Positions 61,301-64,000 of a stretch of DNA of 64,000 nt are shown here, piece after piece (position 1 is the stretch's first letter; every line of letters begins with the position of its first letter). The position numbers were made by a program, and so were the translations under genes. The notes below the pieces were generated by a model. That model saw only the letters and a program-made list of their open reading frames with translations. It ran no database searches and was not told the DNA's origin. Origin of the DNA: Macrostomum hystrix (taxonomy: Eukaryota > Animalia > Platyhelminthes); assembly GCA_950097015.1 (NCBI GenBank), contig CATNEN010000003.1, positions 1,612,001-1,676,000 of the forward strand. Reading direction: 5' to 3'.

Positions 61301-64000
61301 CACTGACGCTGACAATGACGCTGACTCTGACACTGACACTGACACTGACACTGACACTGACACTGACACTGACACTAAAAATGACACTGACACTGACGCT
61401 GACAATGACGCTGACTCTGACACTGACACTGACACTGACTACGACACTGACACTGACACTGACACTGACACTGACACTGACACTGACACTGACACTGACA
61501 CTGTCGATTCCTTATCGCAGGCACCATTAACACTCGGATGCAGCTCACCCATCGTCTGAATCGACAATGGAGCGGTGCAGCTTCTATATCGCGATCGCAC
61601 ACCTGGCAACGACCGTTCGGATCTTTCGCGCCGAGTCGTGACGGAGTCAAAGTGGGTAACTTATTAAACGTGCTTATTATTCATAGAATGAAGGATGCAA
61701 CCACAGAGCAACGCATTTAATTATCCAAGGCTCAGTGGTACCTAGATGGTGGCGCGTACATGTACGCTGTCGCAGACGCGATCGACTCTGCTGCCTCGGA
61801 GATCTGGATCTGCGCCAATCGCCTGTCACCGGAGGTGTTCCTTCGACGGCCGGACTGTTCCGGGCATCAGCATCAGCTGGGCTCCACTCTGCTGCGTAAG
61901 GCGAAGTCCGGAGTTCGAGTCTGCCTGTTATTGGACAATCCAAGCTGCGTTTCCGGCGTGAACTTTGCTCTCCACGTGGTCGACTATTTTGAGGTATCCG
62001 ACTGCCTTGCGAACTCTTTTAACCTCTCAAATGATGCAGAATCGTCTCAAATGATCTAGAATCGTCTCAAATGATCTAGAATCATCTCAAATGATCTAGA
62101 ATCGTCTCAAATGATCTAGAATCGTCTCAAATGATCTAGAATCGTCTCAAATGATCTAGAATCGTCTCAAATGATCTAGAATCGTCTCAAATGATCTAGA
62201 ATCGTCTCAAATGATCTAGAATCGTCTCAAATGATCTAGAATCGTCTCAATTGATCTAGAATCGTCTCAATTGGTATAGAATCGTCTCAATTGGTATAGA
62301 ATCGTCTTAAATGATCTAGAATCGTCTCAATTGATCTATAATCGTCTCAACTGTTCTAGAATCGTCTCAAGTGAGAGATCGTAAGGGAGAGATGAGTCGG
62401 GTGAAAGGTGAGACAGGGGAGAGATGAGACAGGTAAAAGGTGAGACAGGGAATAGATATGGATCAGACAGGTGAAAGATAAGACAGGGAGAGATAAAAAG
62501 GGGCAAAGAAGACACCAGAAAATACAAGATCCTAGAGGTAGGATTTGGAAAGATAAGATGTAGGCGGAGTTGTCTCGAGGGAGCCAAAGGCGAAGGCATT
62601 CAGGAGCTAGGTAGTTCTTATATGGCACACCAGAGTCTGCTAATCTCACTGCTCAAATCACGTGACCAGGGCGCTGAAAATGTTCACGTCCTGTTGCACC
62701 CTGTGGACCTCACGCCTGGCTGCTTCTCTATGGCTCGGGATTTTTGGGGCGTCCTCCGCGCCTGTCTGGTTGCTAGGAAACGAGTCTACGAGACCTGCTT
62801 CAATGGCTACTGCGGCAAAAGGAGCGAGGTTGACAAGCGGCCCTGCTACTGCTGTATGCGGCCTCAGGTGACTCAGGACTAAGATGTTGAATTTTCTCAA
62901 TTGATGTAGAATCGTCTTATATGATGTAGAATCGTCCCAACTGATGTAGAATCGTCTCAAATGATCTAGAATCGTCTCAAATGATCTAGAATCGTCTCAA
63001 ATTATTTCGAATAGTCTCAATTGATCTAGAAATTTCTCAAACTATCTAGAGCTGTCTCAAATGATTTCGAATCGTCTCAATTGAGCTACGAGCATAGAAT
63101 CGACTCAATTGAGCTAGAATCGTCTCAAAGAAGTGCTTTTTAACATTTAAAATAGAGATAACTCACGATTCCAAAAACTTTCCACTGCACAGAAGCGTGG
63201 AAGCCAGTCGCGTACCGAACGTTTGTACTTTTGTCACAACGAGAAACTGGTGGTGATCGACCAAAAAGTTGCCCTGATATCAGCGGTCGACCTGACTTGG
63301 GGTGTCTGGGACACGAGCTATCACGTGTACGTTTTTCAGTTTTTTAAATAACATATTTAATATGTTTTAGATAAGGTGTGTGACCTTCAATAATAATTTG
63401 TGACACTTCATTTGGTGACACTAGACCCGCAGCCAGCGAGGAGGCAGTTCTACCCATTTCGCTGACTCCTGAGCACACACGCGCACAGATACTGTACGCA
63501 GGCATGCGCTAACACAGGTGTGTACATCTGTCCTGACTTTCTCATCGTCAGGCAGTGTACATTTCACTGTGCCTCGGAGGTTGGCCCACAAGGGCGTAAA
63601 TTGCACGACAAGCCACGAGCCCAAATGAATGTGGCCTCGCCGTGGAATCGAACTTAGGGACCTTGGTGCGAGAGGCAAACGCGATAACCGCTCTGCCACT
63701 CACCCCCCCCAGCGCGCGACCTTCACCTTTTTAACCAATCGGAGGGCAGTTAGAGGGAGAAAAAGGAGGATGGCTGTGGTTAATGGCACACTATTTGCTG
63801 ATTTTCGACCTGTCAATGTCCCAAAGAATCCTTAATTTAGTTGAGCATATTCATTTTATTATTTTAAAAAACTATAATGCAGCGTCAACGACATGCCGTC
63901 GGCACTGCAACACGAGTCCGCCGATGGTCGCGTTAAACGACTCGACGTTCGCTCGCAGGACACGGTCACAAATTTCTGGTCCAATAATCACTACCAATGC
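55341..64000 (+). CDS. PLD1/2-type phospholipase D (PX-PH-HKD), divergent and probably catalytically impaired; runs off the window
   Basis: Exons about 55341-55747 and about 56242/56294-56474 (this first junction is uncertain), then 56574-56609, 57652-57991, 58362-58572, 58681-58827, 59380-59786, 60587-60976, 61521-61651, 61730-61993, 62634-62867, 63193-63326 and 63883 to the end. PLD1-like motifs: [20 protein letters not shown] (PH), [22 protein letters not shown]...EIWI...[34 protein letters not shown]...DLTWGVWD. Confidence 0.9.
55768..56062 (+). mobile_element. tRNA-derived CORE-type SINE in PLD intron 1
   Basis: A box TAGCTTAGTC and B box GGTTCGATTCC (55819-55829). 55860-55920 (GCAAGACAATTAAC...TGCTTCAGTTCACCCAGCTTTTAATTGGGTATCATAAT) resembles the MIR/CORE domain (GGCAAGTCACTTAAC...TGCCTCAGTTTCCTCATCTGTAAAATGGGGATAATAAT). 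Confidence 0.75.
56645..57600. repeat. 17-bp minisatellite CATTCCACTCCTTCCAT
   Basis: Fills PLD intron 56610-57651. Confidence 0.96.
57998..58312. repeat. 12-bp repeat ATGACCTGGG(A/G)T
   Basis: Starts about 8 nt after the donor at 57992. Confidence 0.97.
58838..59345. repeat. (CTGACACA)n then (CTGACA)n
   Basis: Fills intron 58828-59379. Confidence 0.97.
59803..60250. repeat. 12/24-bp repeat ATGACCTGGTATTTGACATGGGAT
   Basis: Same family as 57998-58312. Confidence 0.97.
60260..60567. repeat. 24-bp minisatellite GCAGCAGAGAACCAATGTCCCCA(A/T)
   Basis: About 13 units. Confidence 0.96.
61035..61503. repeat. (CTGACA)n hexamer repeat
   Basis: Ends about 17 nt before the acceptor at 61520. Confidence 0.97.
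62025..62372. repeat. 20-bp minisatellite ATCGTCTCAAATGATCTAGA
   Basis: About 17 units after the donor at 61994. Confidence 0.96.
62888..63130. repeat. Degenerate copy of the same 20-bp minisatellite
   Basis: About 12 units after the donor at 62868. Confidence 0.92.
63390..63711 (-). mobile_element. tRNA-derived SINE (type 1), most complete copy
   Basis: Reverse complement has A box TGGCAGAGCGG, B box GTTCGATTCC and a (TTA)n tail; 14-bp TSD-like flanks at 63376-63389 and 63712-63725. Confidence 0.9.

Overview
Eukaryotic (metazoan) genomic DNA with GT-AG introns, many filled by minisatellites. The style resembles the flatworm Macrostomum, but this is an inference and cannot be verified here. 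Six protein-coding genes were reconstructed by hand. (1) The 3' part of ELP1/IKBKAP (+, 6 exons, 3048-25703). (2) An intronless, motif-degenerate class A GPCR nested antisense in an ELP1 intron (9036-10472). (3) A complete 5-exon ubiquilin (-, 29667-36591). (4) A 12-exon orphan type I membrane protein with a discoidin-like domain, Ig-like domains and a Tyr-motif tail (+, 38213-45495). (5) A 2-exon orphan polytopic membrane protein (-, 48974-52040). (6) The 5' part of a PX-PH phospholipase D whose first HKD motif has lost its catalytic His (+, from 55341 to the window end). Mobile DNA includes a non-autonomous Merlin element, three tRNA-derived SINE types (one nested in another, two sharing a structured core, one CORE-like), a MITE and a probable solo LTR. 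About 30 tandem arrays occur, several built from splice-signal-like motifs. The long repetitive ORFs in the ORF track are artefacts of these arrays.
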